DNA of 50,027 bases from the NCBI GenBank assembly GCA_964350645.1, contig CAYGJY010000001.1, positions 274,621-324,647 on the forward strand, given 5' to 3'. The translations under genes and the position numbers were made by a program. Shown here piece after piece: positions 37,278 to 47,415 of this stretch. The stretch comes from an uncultured Candidatus Saccharibacteria bacterium. GTDB lineage: Bacteria > Patescibacteriota > Minisyncoccia > Phycocordibacterales > UBA918. Each line of letters starts with the position of its first letter. The stretch's first letter is position 1. The notes under the pieces are model-generated. The model was not told the origin of the DNA. It worked only from the letters and a program-made list of their open reading frames with translations, and ran no database searches.

Positions 37278-37600
37278 TTATTCTGCGTACTCAAAATTCC
37301 TGAAATATTGATCATGTCTCATACTTTTTCCACTTTGGATAATCCTATGAAGACCAGGAAGGTGTGGGTTTGGTGTCCTGTTGATAATCACTGTTTCTTT
37401 GAAATTTAGCTTACCATTGATCCCTAGTGTACACAGTGCAAAATGAGTTTCTGGACTCACGACTATATTTTCGTCTTGGTAAGTTTTGACTTCACATATT
37501 AGATACACTACATCATCATAAATATAAATTTTGTATCAGGCTTAATTACCGGTTCTTTTATTGATTCATGCAATCGGGTTTTTTCATTGTGATCTTCCAT
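37278..37600 (-). pseudogene. Probable frameshifted hypothetical gene
   Basis: ATG 37600 (MEDHNEK...TKFIF) stops at 37508-37510; another frame continues YDDVVYLICEV... to 37278; one extra base joins them. Confidence 0.45.
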
Positions 37601-37611
37601 GTTGTTTTAAG

Positions 37612-38550
37612 TTAGGATAATAGACCAATCTTTTTATGAATATCGACCATTTTGGCGCTGGCTCGGGCGCGGGCCTTTTCACCACCGGCCTTGAGAACGT
37701 CCATGACATCAGCGTCGGTGATTTGATTGCGCTCTTCGCGCATAGGTCCGATGACAGCTTCAATGTCAGCCAGGAGGGCTTTCTTCAAGTCGCCGTATCT
37801 TCCCTTTTTTTCTTCGTAGAGTGCTGCTAATTCTTCTTCTGTCTTAAACAGTAGATGGATGGCATGGACATTTTCTGGATGGGTTCCTTCTGAGTCGGTC
37901 ACAATACTCATGACTGCCCTCTCAACTTCAGCTTCAGTGCCAAACAAAGGAATCGTGTTTTTGTAGCTCTTACTCATCTTTTGACCATCAACACCTGGGA
38001 TCACGCCAACTGCTTTCATGATGCGTTCTTCGGGCATGGTAAAGGTCTCGCCGTAAGCGTTGTTGAACTTAGTTGCGGCTTCACGAGTGTATTCGATGTG
38101 TTGCCGTTGATCTTCACCAACTGGTACTACTTCAGTGTCATAGAGGAGGATGTCAGCGGCCATCAGCATTGGGTAGTTAAACAAGCCAGCGTTCGCCTCA
38201 AGGCCTTTGGCGACCTTGTCTTTGTACGAGTGTGCTTGCATAAGAAATGGCACGGTAACAAGACATTCGAAAATCCAGGCGAGTTCAGTGTGCTCTTTCA
38301 CATCTGATTGTTTGAATAGGATCATCTTGTCTGGATCGATACCAGCAGCCAAATAATCCTTCACCGCGTTGATGGTGTTTTGTCGAAGAACTTCAGGGTC
38401 GCGCACGGTGGTAAGTGCATGATAATCAACCACCATCAAATGGCTATCGAATTCATCGTACATGTCTTTAAACGGCTTCAAGGCACCAAAGTAGTTGCCA
38501 ATATGCAGGGCGCCAGAAGGCTGTAGTCCAGTCAGTAGTCGTTTTTTCAT
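37612..38550 (-). CDS. trpS: Tryptophan--tRNA ligase
   Basis: TGLQPSG.LHIGN, YPMLMAADI, VGEDQ.QH, KMSKS. Confidence 0.97.
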   Translation of the reverse strand: MKKRLLTGLQPSGALHIGNYFGALKPFKDMYDEFDSHLMVVDYHALTTVRDPEVLRQNTINAVKDYLAAGIDPDKMILFKQSDVKEHTELAWIFECLVTVPFLMQAHSYKDKVAKGLEANAGLFNYPMLMAADILLYDTEVVPVGEDQRQHIEYTREAATKFNNAYGETFTMPEERIMKAVGVIPGVDGQKMSKSYKNTIPLFGTEAEVERAVMSIVTDSEGTHPENVHAIHLLFKTEEELAALYEEKKGRYGDLKKALLADIEAVIGPMREERNQITDADVMDVLKAGGEKARARASAKMVDIHKKIGLLS

Positions 38551-38589
38551 ATCTAGAGTGTACCAAGAAGCACTGCAGTCGCCAATTGA

Positions 38590-40257
38590 CTACATTGAGT
38601 ATGGGAGCTCTAAGGTAAAGGTAGAGCCCTTCCCCTCTCCATCTGAATGAGGAGTGATAGCGCCGCCCATACCTTCTGCCATTTGTTTAGCAACAAAGAG
38701 ACCAAGTCCGGTTCCGGTAACGTTAACTTTGTTTGCATTTTTAGCTCGGACAAATTTCTCAAACACATCTTCTAACGTCTCTGCACTCATGCCGACCCCA
38801 GTATCCTTGATAGCAACGTAAACTCGCTTTTTCTTTTTATTGTCACGAAGCTCCACGGTTATAGAACCTTTCGGAGTATATTTCATAGCATTGTCGAGTA
38901 AGTTGTGCACGATCTGATGGGTTTTACCTGGATCAGCTTGGACAAAACCACGACCGGTTAGCTCGGTTGATTTGTAGCGTATTACCAGACCTTTCTTTAA
39001 AGCTCCAGGTCGAACGTCATCAGTAATTTGTTCAACCATTTCTTTGAGATTAAAGTCTGTTATTTCATATTTCATACGACCAGCTTCGATGCGGGAGACA
39101 TTTAAGTAATCTTCAACTGATAGTGCCATATATCGACTTGACTCAGAGATTCTTTCGACAGCGTCTTTTCCTTTTGGAGTGAGTTTTCCGTAGCTTCCTT
39201 CAAGGAGCATTGAGGCGTAGCCACGAATCGAGGTTAACGGGCTGCGAAGTTGGTGCGATGCAATCGACACAAACTCAGATTTCATCTGATCCATAAGCTT
39301 CAGCTTGTGATTAGCTTTCTCGAGTTTTTTTGCCAACTGTTCAATTTCTTGTCGCTGCTTTGCTTCTTTTCCTGCAGTACGCAAGAACAACAAACCAAAT
39401 CCGAGGGTAGCTACAACTGTAGAGACACTTACAATTATCTCTGCTGATCCATCCGCAAGAAAGAGATTGAATACTTCGAGTAGAACAAAGATCGTAAAAA
39501 TGATTCGTACGTACCAGATTGAATCAAGCTTGAGATTAAAGGTGCCTTGTTCAAGTATTGTGTATGTTAGAAGCAGAATAAAAACTGGTAATGCAAACAG
39601 TGCGTAGAGATTAATTTCATATATGTCAGTGTATGTAGCAACAAACTCTGAGCCAGAAAAAATCGCTAAAAAGGCTGTACTGGTTAGGGTGAGGAAAGCA
39701 ATCCGTTTAATTTCGAGATTATCACTCCTGTTTTTAAAGCCGGCATAAAGCCCAACGACAACAATTCCAGCAATCACCAGCCATTCAATCACAAGCTTGT
39801 AGAGGGCCAAAAAATCATTACCGTACATTTCACAATTTGGTTCGTCAAACTCGTGAACAGCTGTACCTGCCATAGTGACTAGAAACGGTAATAGAGCCGC
39901 AAATAACACAAAAAGTAATGTTGGAATATTCAATTTTTTTGTTTTTGAAAAATCAACGATAACAAACGTAAAAATGAATAAATAAAATAATATATTTAAG
40001 TAATCCAATGTTGACCAAAAGGCTGCAACAGCGAAGTAAGAATTTGATGTCCAAGCAACCAGGTCTCCGATGAGCCAAAGACTAAGCAGTATGGTGAAAG
40101 AAAAAAATAACCACGCTTTCGTCTTGTTATTGGCGTAGCGGACTGCCAGTACACCAAGACCAAGACTGATTAACGTTGGGAAAAGATGTGAGTAATATGC
40201 CAAAGCACGAACTTCATTTGTTGTTTCGAAACACGTATTAATAAGGTCCATACTCAC
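38590..40257 (-). CDS. Sensor histidine kinase with multi-TM (7TM-like) input domain
   Basis: SHQLRSPL H-box, NLLDNAMKYT, DTGVGM, GTGLGL, GKGSTF; hydrophobic N-terminal half. Confidence 0.93.
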   Translation of the reverse strand: MSMDLINTCFETTNEVRALAYYSHLFPTLISLGLGVLAVRYANNKTKAWLFFSFTILLSLWLIGDLVAWTSNSYFAVAAFWSTLDYLNILFYLFIFTFVIVDFSKTKKLNIPTLLFVLFAALLPFLVTMAGTAVHEFDEPNCEMYGNDFLALYKLVIEWLVIAGIVVVGLYAGFKNRSDNLEIKRIAFLTLTSTAFLAIFSGSEFVATYTDIYEINLYALFALPVFILLLTYTILEQGTFNLKLDSIWYVRIIFTIFVLLEVFNLFLADGSAEIIVSVSTVVATLGFGLLFLRTAGKEAKQRQEIEQLAKKLEKANHKLKLMDQMKSEFVSIASHQLRSPLTSIRGYASMLLEGSYGKLTPKGKDAVERISESSRYMALSVEDYLNVSRIEAGRMKYEITDFNLKEMVEQITDDVRPGALKKGLVIRYKSTELTGRGFVQADPGKTHQIVHNLLDNAMKYTPKGSITVELRDNKKKKRVYVAIKDTGVGMSAETLEDVFEKFVRAKNANKVNVTGTGLGLFVAKQMAEGMGGAITPHSDGEGKGSTFTLELPYSM

Positions 40258-41091
40258 TTAAATATAACTTTTTCTATCTATAAAATCATTAACTTGGTTT
40301 GGATAACAGTCCCAGAAAATTCTTTCTTGTTCACGCACTGGTTGGAAATTTAATATAAGTGGCTTCACGCCATATTTTTTGATAGCTCGTTTAAATGCTG
40401 GGTTTACAATCTTGTCTGTGAATTCCCCATGTTTTTTACCAAATAAAAACACTTCAGCGAGAACATTTTTTTGCAAAAAAAATGTAAAAAAATGTTCGTA
40501 ATACTCGGCAGCATTTTTTGAATATAGTGAAAACCAGTCCGAAGCCTCGGTTGCTATATCGGACATTTTATACGATGTGATACTTTCAAATAACTCATGA
40601 TGAAAATCAATCAAAGATTCGCCATTTTTCGTTGTTATCTCGGAAAACCTTTTGCCAACATTTTGATTGAAGTCCACTATAGTGCGATTATGGTATACGT
40701 CTTTCTTAATAGAGAGTTTGTCATTATAAATAGGCAACTTCCCCAAACTTTTTTTATAAAAATTCCCTGCTGTAACAAATTTATCCTCATGAAACTCGAT
40801 TATGAGGGGTCGTAATTCAAGTTTTTTTGCTAATTCAATGATGTGTAATGTTTCATGCATTGGAGTTGCTACTTGCCTAAATAGCACAAGATTACCGCCG
40901 TCAGCAAGTCTTTGCATAGAGGCAGTAAGCTGTGTATTGGTAATAATTTTTTGTGTGAGTTGGTGATTGCTTGCCCGACTCTGAAGCTCATTACTTAAGA
41001 AATTTTCAGCGGTATATAGATGTTGGTGAGGGAGTCTTGGTTGAAAGATCCCTGAATACCAAGGTTCTTTTTTAACTGGAGCAGTCGTCAT
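40258..41091 (-). CDS. Hypothetical soluble protein (possible enzyme)
   Basis: About 277-aa ORF abutting the kinase start; motif-like RQVATP, EDKF, DFHH, DWF, YY, KPLI. Confidence 0.75.
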   Translation of the reverse strand: MTTAPVKKEPWYSGIFQPRLPHQHLYTAENFLSNELQSRASNHQLTQKIITNTQLTASMQRLADGGNLVLFRQVATPMHETLHIIELAKKLELRPLIIEFHEDKFVTAGNFYKKSLGKLPIYNDKLSIKKDVYHNRTIVDFNQNVGKRFSEITTKNGESLIDFHHELFESITSYKMSDIATEASDWFSLYSKNAAEYYEHFFTFFLQKNVLAEVFLFGKKHGEFTDKIVNPAFKRAIKKYGVKPLILNFQPVREQERIFWDCYPNQVNDFIDRKSYI

Positions 41092-41440
41092 TTTCTGGTT
41101 CACAGATTAGTTCTTCGCACATAGTAGATGTACTACTGTCAGTGCAGATATTACTACAGGAATTGTCAGTGCATAAATGGAAATCTTTGGCTAGTATTGA
41201 AAATACTCTGTAACTTTCGAGTGCATTTGGTGGGCAGTAGTCTTCACAATCGCGCACAAAGCAGGTGTGTAGTTCAGGATCACAGGTAGACTCAACTAGA
41301 AATATATAATCTTTAGCGTAGATATATTTTGTGAATGCTGTTAGAAAGACTAACGCCACAGATAACAACGTGACCAGCATCAAAATTTTTATTCTTTTTG
41401 AAAGTACTTGCATTTCAACCATCGTCACTAACGATACCAT
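41072..41440 (-). CDS. Small membrane-anchored Cys-rich protein
   Basis: One TM, then about 75 aa with 10 Cys. Confidence 0.75.
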   Translation of the reverse strand: MVSLVTMVEMQVLSKRIKILMLVTLLSVALVFLTAFTKYIYAKDYIFLVESTCDPELHTCFVRDCEDYCPPNALESYRVFSILAKDFHLCTDNSCSNICTDSSTSTMCEELICEPENDDCSS

Positions 41441-41471
41441 ATTCCTTGCTATAAATAAGCAAGTTTTCCAA

Positions 41472-42389
41472 TTAGTGTATAACTGCTAAGGCAACGCCGC
41501 CGAGGAAAACTAATATAATCCCAGCTAGTTTGTAGCGCCATCTCGGGTTAGGTCCCTCTTGTAAAAAACTTTTTACACCAAATCGAGCTAGTACAAAAGT
41601 GATCAATATAACAAAAATCGGTTGGTAACTTTCGCTGGCCTGCACGATGGCTAGTGGTGAAAACAAGATGGCGAAGGCAAATAGTGTGTCTCCCAATAAT
41701 GTTAAGGATTCATTAGCTGTATTTAGAGACACTGCTCTTTTGAGATGTTGTTCTATGAAAGAGATAAAATGTGACCGGTATGTTTCAAGAATTAGAAAAA
41801 GAAGTAGACCACTTACAACCATACCTAAGGATCGCCAGAACAACGACTGCCAAAAATCTTCTTGAACGGTAAAAATTTTAAACAAGCTATGCAAAAGAGC
41901 AATGGTAATTGATGCCCCAAGTGCATAAAACAAGAGTTTCTTTTTTATTTTGTTGGTTGCAGGCTGATAACTAACCAAAAGAGCACCAGAAATAATAACG
42001 AGGCCGCTAAGCATTTGCATGTGTGACAATGTTTCTCCGAGTAAGATGTATCCAAATATAAGTGAAAAAAATGGTGCTAGTACTAACAATGCCATAACCA
42101 CAGCAGCGTCGTCTTCAGTGAGAGCTTTCAGATAAAAATATAGCCAAACAACCATTAACACTCCTGATAATATCAGCACCAACGAGTCTACTAACTTAAT
42201 GTCAAAAATTACCCCTGAACTGAGTCCGAGTGCAATCAAAGCGAGAAAACCTGGGAAAAAACACGATAGCAACAATACACCACCGATGTTTCCGTCGGGT
42301 GAATATTTTGAAACTAGATGCTGGTCAATAACATTCGTGATTGACCAAAAAAAAGCTGCCATAGCACCTAATACAAATCCTGAGAACAT
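41472..42389 (-). CDS. EamA/DMT family transporter
   Basis: About 10 TMs; WSITNVID, LAPFF..IFG.ILLGE, QPIFV; ATG at 42389. Confidence 0.85.
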   Translation of the reverse strand: MFSGFVLGAMAAFFWSITNVIDQHLVSKYSPDGNIGGVLLLSCFFPGFLALIALGLSSGVIFDIKLVDSLVLILSGVLMVVWLYFYLKALTEDDAAVVMALLVLAPFFSLIFGYILLGETLSHMQMLSGLVIISGALLVSYQPATNKIKKKLLFYALGASITIALLHSLFKIFTVQEDFWQSLFWRSLGMVVSGLLLFLILETYRSHFISFIEQHLKRAVSLNTANESLTLLGDTLFAFAILFSPLAIVQASESYQPIFVILITFVLARFGVKSFLQEGPNPRWRYKLAGIILVFLGGVALAVIH

Positions 42390-42391
42390 AC

Positions 42392-42877
42392 TTAAAGTAA
42401 AAATAATGCTCCAAGTGGCAAGAGTAGCCACCAGAAGAAGTATTCAGGAGGAGCAAATAAAAATTGGATAGGAGTTCCTGGAGTGAGAAACTCTGTAACG
42501 GGTAATACTTGGAAACTAAAGGCCATAACGAGAACTGTGGCACTCAATGCAAATAGTAATTTGTGACCAAAGCCTTGGAAGGAGCTCTCTTCGAACTCAC
42601 GCGGCATCAAGTGATTGAATAGTAGAGTAGAAAGTACTGCAAAGACTGCAAAGACTGCCAGCATGATAATAGATTCAGTTTTAGCCGAAGAGGACGAACC
42701 TATGAGGGACTCGTAGTATGGAAACTCAATTGATAGTAGTAGAGCAAAGTAAAGTCCCAGAATGACGTTGATGAGTGTCTGCTTCCCTTTTATTAGGGCC
42801 ACGATCATAAACCCAGCAAACACGAGAATCAAATATAGTGACTCTTGCAAAAACGAAATGACAGTAACTGTATCCAT
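42392..42877 (-). CDS. Hypothetical membrane protein (CvpA-like topology)
   Basis: 4-5 TM helices; TATAAT 8 nt before the ATG. Confidence 0.65.
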   Translation of the reverse strand: MDTVTVISFLQESLYLILVFAGFMIVALIKGKQTLINVILGLYFALLLSIEFPYYESLIGSSSSAKTESIIMLAVFAVFAVLSTLLFNHLMPREFEESSFQGFGHKLLFALSATVLVMAFSFQVLPVTEFLTPGTPIQFLFAPPEYFFWWLLLPLGALFLL

Positions 42878-42929
42878 TAGTATTGATTATAGTGCATAGA
42901 CTGAAAGCTGGCTTTGACTAAGGGGATAA

Positions 42930-43349
42930 TTACTCTAAGCGTTCAATCGCAAGCAAAGTAGCATCTTGTAGATGTTTAAATCGATCACCCATTAATTTTA
43001 TGCCACCAAACCACCGTGTTACACAAATAATGCAGTTACTAACATTTTGCTTTTGCATTACCTTTAAGATAACCATCCCGGCTCCTGTCTCACCGTCGTC
43101 GCTTTTACTTTCATAGATAACCCCGTCATGGGCAATCCGTACTGCCCAAGAGTTATGAGTGGCTTTGGCATACTGCTTGTCTTGTTTCAGTTGCTGCAAG
43201 AACTTTTTAATAGTGTCTTTATTTTCTACTCGACCAATACTGACTGAGTATTTACTACCTCTATCTTTGATGATATTTTCATGTACAACGAAACTACTTT
43301 GAGGTTCTTTTGTATCCCCAAAGTCAAATTGTGTGTTTTGGTAGGGCAT
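42930..43349 (-). CDS. YigZ/IMPACT family protein (N-terminal domain only)
   Basis: DRGSKY, ATHNSWA, DDGETGAG, VTRWFGGIKL. Confidence 0.9.
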   Translation of the reverse strand: MPYQNTQFDFGDTKEPQSSFVVHENIIKDRGSKYSVSIGRVENKDTIKKFLQQLKQDKQYAKATHNSWAVRIAHDGVIYESKSDDGETGAGMVILKVMQKQNVSNCIICVTRWFGGIKLMGDRFKHLQDATLLAIERLE

Positions 43350-43351
43350 GT

Positions 43352-44431
43352 CTAAATTCCCTCTTCGCGTAGTTCCTCAATTAGTTTCCTGGCTTTTCTA
43401 GAAAGCTTTTGTGGTGTCTCTAGTTTAATCTTCACCAGGAAGTCACCTTGGCGACCATCTTGAGGTACTCCTTTCCCTTTGATACGAAGCATTTCACCGT
43501 GGCTTACACCAGCTGGAATTTTAATGTCAACGTTACCTTCAAGAGTTTCTACAGCGTAGGTCGCACCGAGTAGTGCATCGGAAAGCTTAATGGGAAGAAC
43601 TGCAATTAAGTTTGTTCCATCTCGGGTGATACGTTCGTGTGCTTTGACGTGGATTTTCACGTAGAGATCTCCGGGTGTACCTGCTGTAATGGCTTCACCA
43701 CGACCGGTCATTCTAATCATTTCGCCGTTTTGAATACCGGCTGGGATAGTGATCTCGATCTCTTCTTCAGCTCGCCTGATACCAGCCCCGGCACAAAAAC
43801 CGCACTTTTCTTTAGGAATTTTTCCGGTACCTCGGCAACTATCACAGGTGCGGACTGTCTGGAAACTGCCCATGATGCTTTGGCGGGTTTCGCGTATGCG
43901 ACCATTACCATTGCAAGTAGTACAGTCGGTCATTTCAGTACCAGCTTTTGCACCAGTGCCAGTACATTCTTTACACGTGTTGTTTTTCGTCAGAAGCACC
44001 TTTCTAATCGTACCCTGAATTGAGTCTTTGAATGGGAGTTCAATATCAATCGAAATATCACGTCCGCGAGCTTGTTGATCACCCCGCCCATTAAACATGT
44101 CACCAAAGTTGCTGAAGATATCATTGATATCAAATTCAAAATTTTGTCCGCCACCTGCTTGTTGGAAATCTGCCCAGTTGAAACCGCCAAATCCTTGACC
44201 TTGCCCCCCGCCAGCACCTGAAAATGCGTGCCCGTAGGCATCGTATTCGGCTTTCTTTTTGTCATCACTTAAGACGGCATAGGCTTCACTTATCTCTTTA
44301 AATTTAGCTTCATCGCCTGTCTTTTTGTCAGGATGATACTGCGCAGCAAGCTTACGAAAAGCTTTTTTAACTTCCTCTTTATTTGCTCCTTTTTCTATTC
44401 CCAGGATTTGATAGTAATCTTTTTGTGACAT
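43352..44431 (-). CDS. dnaJ: Chaperone DnaJ
   Basis: J domain with HPD, G/F region, four CxxCxGxG repeats. Confidence 0.97.
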   Translation of the reverse strand: MSQKDYYQILGIEKGANKEEVKKAFRKLAAQYHPDKKTGDEAKFKEISEAYAVLSDDKKKAEYDAYGHAFSGAGGGQGQGFGGFNWADFQQAGGGQNFEFDINDIFSNFGDMFNGRGDQQARGRDISIDIELPFKDSIQGTIRKVLLTKNNTCKECTGTGAKAGTEMTDCTTCNGNGRIRETRQSIMGSFQTVRTCDSCRGTGKIPKEKCGFCAGAGIRRAEEEIEITIPAGIQNGEMIRMTGRGEAITAGTPGDLYVKIHVKAHERITRDGTNLIAVLPIKLSDALLGATYAVETLEGNVDIKIPAGVSHGEMLRIKGKGVPQDGRQGDFLVKIKLETPQKLSRKARKLIEELREEGI

Positions 44432-44470
44432 AGGTATTTATGATTTGGTGCAGTCTATCACTGCTCAATC

Positions 44471-44493
44471 CTATACGCAAAATTTGCGTATAG
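44471..44493. other. Intercistronic hairpin between dnaK and dnaJ
   Basis: CTATACGCAAA-A-TTTGCGTATAG. Confidence 0.5.
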
Positions 44494-44502
44494 AGTGAAC
44501 AG

Positions 44503-46407
44503 TTATTTACTATCAGTGTCTTTTTTGGAATCGTCTACTTCTGCATCACGAACATTGTCATTGGCGTCTTTAGGAGCATCATTGGTTTGTTCTGCTGAAT
44601 CAGCGGCTGCTTTTTGCATTATCTCACCAATTTTTTGCATTTCAGCAGAGAGTGCTTCTGAGGCTGTCTCGATGGCAGCCTTATCTTCTTTGTCTTTCAC
44701 TTCTTTCAGAGTAATGATCTTTTCGTTGATATTTTTCACAACTTCTTCACCAGCTGCTTCGCCGTGATCCTTAACCGCTTTTTCTGCAGTGTAGATCATC
44801 TGATCTGCAACGTTGCGGACTTCAATAAGTTCTTGTTTCTTTTTGTCATCATCAGCATGAGCTTCGGCATCTTGTTTCATCTTTTCAATTTCGTCTTCGG
44901 TCAGTCCTGAATTGGCTTCAATGCGAATTGACTGTACTTTCCCTGTTGACTTGTCTTTAGCGGTCACATTGAGGACACCGTTGCTGTCGACATCAAAGGC
45001 AACTTCAATCTGCGGCACGCCACGTGGTGCTGGCGGAATGCCATCAAGTACAAACTTCCCGAGTGATTTATTGTCTGCTGCCATGGGTCTCTCACCTTGA
45101 GTGATGTGGATTTCAGTTGAGGTCTGATTGTCAGCTGCAGTTGAAAAGACTTGTTCTTTCTTAGTCGGGATATGAGTGTTTTTTTCTATTAGTTTTGTAG
45201 CTACACCGCCCATAGTTTCAATTCCTAGTGAAAGCGGTATCACGTCAACCAATGTAATATCTTGAATATCACCTTGGAAAATACCAGCCTGGATAGCTGC
45301 TCCAAGGGCGACCACTTCATCTGGGTTTACAGTTTTGTTTGGTTCTTTACCAAAGAGTTTTTTCACTGCTTCTACGATGGCTGGCATGCGTGTCTGTCCC
45401 CCAACCATGATGATTTCGTCGATCTCCTCTTTCTTAAATGGCGAAGCTTCAAGTGCTCGTTTGGTAATTTCAATTGAACGATCAATATACACAGCTGCAA
45501 GTTCCTCAAGTTTTGAACGGGTGAGTGTGATAAGAAGGTTTTTGGGTGTTCCATCGACATTAGCAATAAACGGGATATTGATTTCTGTTTCTCCAGAAGA
45601 CGAAAGTGTTTGTTTAGCTTTTTCAGCTTCGTCATCGAGACGTTGCAGTGCAAGCGGGTCTTTACTAAGATCAATCCCTTCTTCTTTTTTGAATTCATTG
45701 ATTAGGAAACGAACAATCTCTTGGTCAATATCACGCCCTCCCATATGAGCGTCACCGTCAGTTGACTGCACTTCGACAACTTCGTCACCTACTTCGAGTA
45801 CTGTGACGTCAAAAGTACCTCCACCGAAGTCGTAGACAACAATTTTTTCGTCTTTCTTTTTGTTAAATCCATATGCTAAGGCTGCAGCGGTTGGTTCGTT
45901 GATAATTCGCTTTACCTCAAGCCCAGCAATTTTACCAGCGTCTTGAGTAGCTTTGCGTTGAGCATCATTAAAGTACGCTGGGACAGTGATGACAGCCTCC
46001 GTAATTTTTTCACCAATCTTTGCCTCAGCGTCAGCTTTTAGTTTGGAAAGAATCATGGCTGATACTTCCTCAGGACGATAGTCTTTGTCTCCCATTTTTA
46101 CTTCGACTCCTTCGCTAGCGCCCTTCTTAACTTCGTACGGAACGATATCTTTGTCTTTCTGTACTGCCTCTTCGGCATACGTGTGCCCCATAAACCTTTT
46201 AATACCGTAGATGGTATTTTGCGGATTCGTTACCGCTTGTCGTTTGGCAATTTGACCAACGAGCCGGTCTCCCTTTTTTGAGATGGCAACAATTGAAGGT
46301 GTGGTTCGATTGCCTTCTGCGTTTTCGATAATAACAGGCTCCCCGGCTTCAATAATAGCCATGGCAGAGTTAGTTGTTCCTAAGTCGATTCCTAGTATTT
46401 TTGCCAT
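44503..46407 (-). CDS. dnaK: Chaperone DnaK
   Basis: [30 protein letters not shown]. Confidence 0.98.
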   Translation of the reverse strand: MAKILGIDLGTTNSAMAIIEAGEPVIIENAEGNRTTPSIVAISKKGDRLVGQIAKRQAVTNPQNTIYGIKRFMGHTYAEEAVQKDKDIVPYEVKKGASEGVEVKMGDKDYRPEEVSAMILSKLKADAEAKIGEKITEAVITVPAYFNDAQRKATQDAGKIAGLEVKRIINEPTAAALAYGFNKKKDEKIVVYDFGGGTFDVTVLEVGDEVVEVQSTDGDAHMGGRDIDQEIVRFLINEFKKEEGIDLSKDPLALQRLDDEAEKAKQTLSSSGETEINIPFIANVDGTPKNLLITLTRSKLEELAAVYIDRSIEITKRALEASPFKKEEIDEIIMVGGQTRMPAIVEAVKKLFGKEPNKTVNPDEVVALGAAIQAGIFQGDIQDITLVDVIPLSLGIETMGGVATKLIEKNTHIPTKKEQVFSTAADNQTSTEIHITQGERPMAADNKSLGKFVLDGIPPAPRGVPQIEVAFDVDSNGVLNVTAKDKSTGKVQSIRIEANSGLTEDEIEKMKQDAEAHADDDKKKQELIEVRNVADQMIYTAEKAVKDHGEAAGEEVVKNINEKIITLKEVKDKEDKAAIETASEALSAEMQKIGEIMQKAAADSAEQTNDAPKDANDNVRDAEVDDSKKDTDSK

Positions 46408-46417
46408 AAATATAGTG

Positions 46418-46987
46418 TTAGTTACTTAATAGTACTTTTGCTGGACGAATAATATGATCGTTTCGTGAATAGCCAAGTTGAACTACTTTAATCACTGTGT
46501 CTGTAGGTTGGTCAGATTCTTCCGAGCCAAGGGCTTCGTGTAGTTCGTGATCAAATACTTCGCCAGTTGGATCGTGAGCAGTGACGTCGTAGGCAGTAAG
46601 GATGCTTTGTAGCTGACCATAGATTGCTTCAATTCCCTTTCGCCAATTTTCATCGACACTTTCCCACACCGCTGCATTACTCATGGCCATAGTGAAGCTG
46701 TCACAAAGAGGCAGAAGTTTTAGGATAAATTTGTCAGTTTCTCGTTCGACCTCTGAATTTTTTTGTGTTTCGAGTCGCTTCCTGGCATTCAAAAACTCAG
46801 CTTTTGCTCGTTGGGCTTCTTCAAGGTGGGAACGCTTTGCTGTCTCACACTCTTTTAATTTGCTTTGTAATTGTTTAATTTTATTTTTGCTACTGGTCTC
46901 AACATCTTCGAGCTCAGGACTGTCTGTGTCGATTTCGGTTTCGAATTCTACTCCATCAGTCGGCTCATCTTTCTTCAAATTCGTCAT
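46418..46987 (-). CDS. grpE: Nucleotide exchange factor GrpE
   Basis: [17 protein letters not shown]......IRPAKV; ATG at 46987. Confidence 0.95.
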   Translation of the reverse strand: MTNLKKDEPTDGVEFETEIDTDSPELEDVETSSKNKIKQLQSKLKECETAKRSHLEEAQRAKAEFLNARKRLETQKNSEVERETDKFILKLLPLCDSFTMAMSNAAVWESVDENWRKGIEAIYGQLQSILTAYDVTAHDPTGEVFDHELHEALGSEESDQPTDTVIKVVQLGYSRNDHIIRPAKVLLSN

Positions 46988-46996
46988 AGCGTGCGC

Positions 46997-47025
46997 ATTA
47001 TAACTCCATTTTTTATCTGTGTCAA
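46997..47025 (-). promoter_or_regulatory. Consensus sigma70 promoter of grpE-dnaK-dnaJ
   Basis: TTGACA-17 nt-TATAAT, 9 nt before the grpE ATG. Confidence 0.85.
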
Positions 47026-47123
47026 AAATGATACAGTAGCGCACTATTCTTCCTTTTAGATACCTTCACAATTTACTAATTTTATTATGTAATTAAAAAA
47101 AGTTTTACAGTATTGTTAAAATA

Positions 47124-47343
47124 TGACTGCCACCATGAAACATGGTGCGAATGTTATTGGACGGTAGCGGTCAGAACCAGGTTCCCGACACTACGCCAAA
47201 ACTGATTAACGAATGGATGTGCTATTCGCAAGAACAGCAGATCCAGGCACATCAATCGTCTTGTCACAGATGTGTAAAAGTATAGCGACCCATGTTGGTT
47301 GCAGCTCTCGGGAGGTTTGAGTTCTGCTCAAGTCGAGACTATA
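47124..47343 (+). ncRNA. Candidate orphan structured RNA
   Basis: Several nested helices in an intergenic stretch with no long ORF; family not recognised. Confidence 0.35.
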
Positions 47344-47365
47344 TATAAAAAGTTTGTGCAGGCAC

Positions 47366-47397
47366 AACAAAAAACCGGCAAAAGCCGGCTTTTTGTT
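47366..47397. terminator. Terminator after rpsI (T-tracts on both strands)
   Basis: AACAAAAAACCGGC-AAAA-GCCGGCTTTTTGTT. Confidence 0.82.
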
Positions 47398-47415
47398 TGT
47401 GACTTAGTACAAGTA

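Noticed and set aside
47100-47345. c-di-GMP-I riboswitch, SRP RNA, tmRNA or RNase P
   Set aside because: Only short fragments resemble them (GGTAGCGG, GAACCAGG); the defining conserved motifs are absent.
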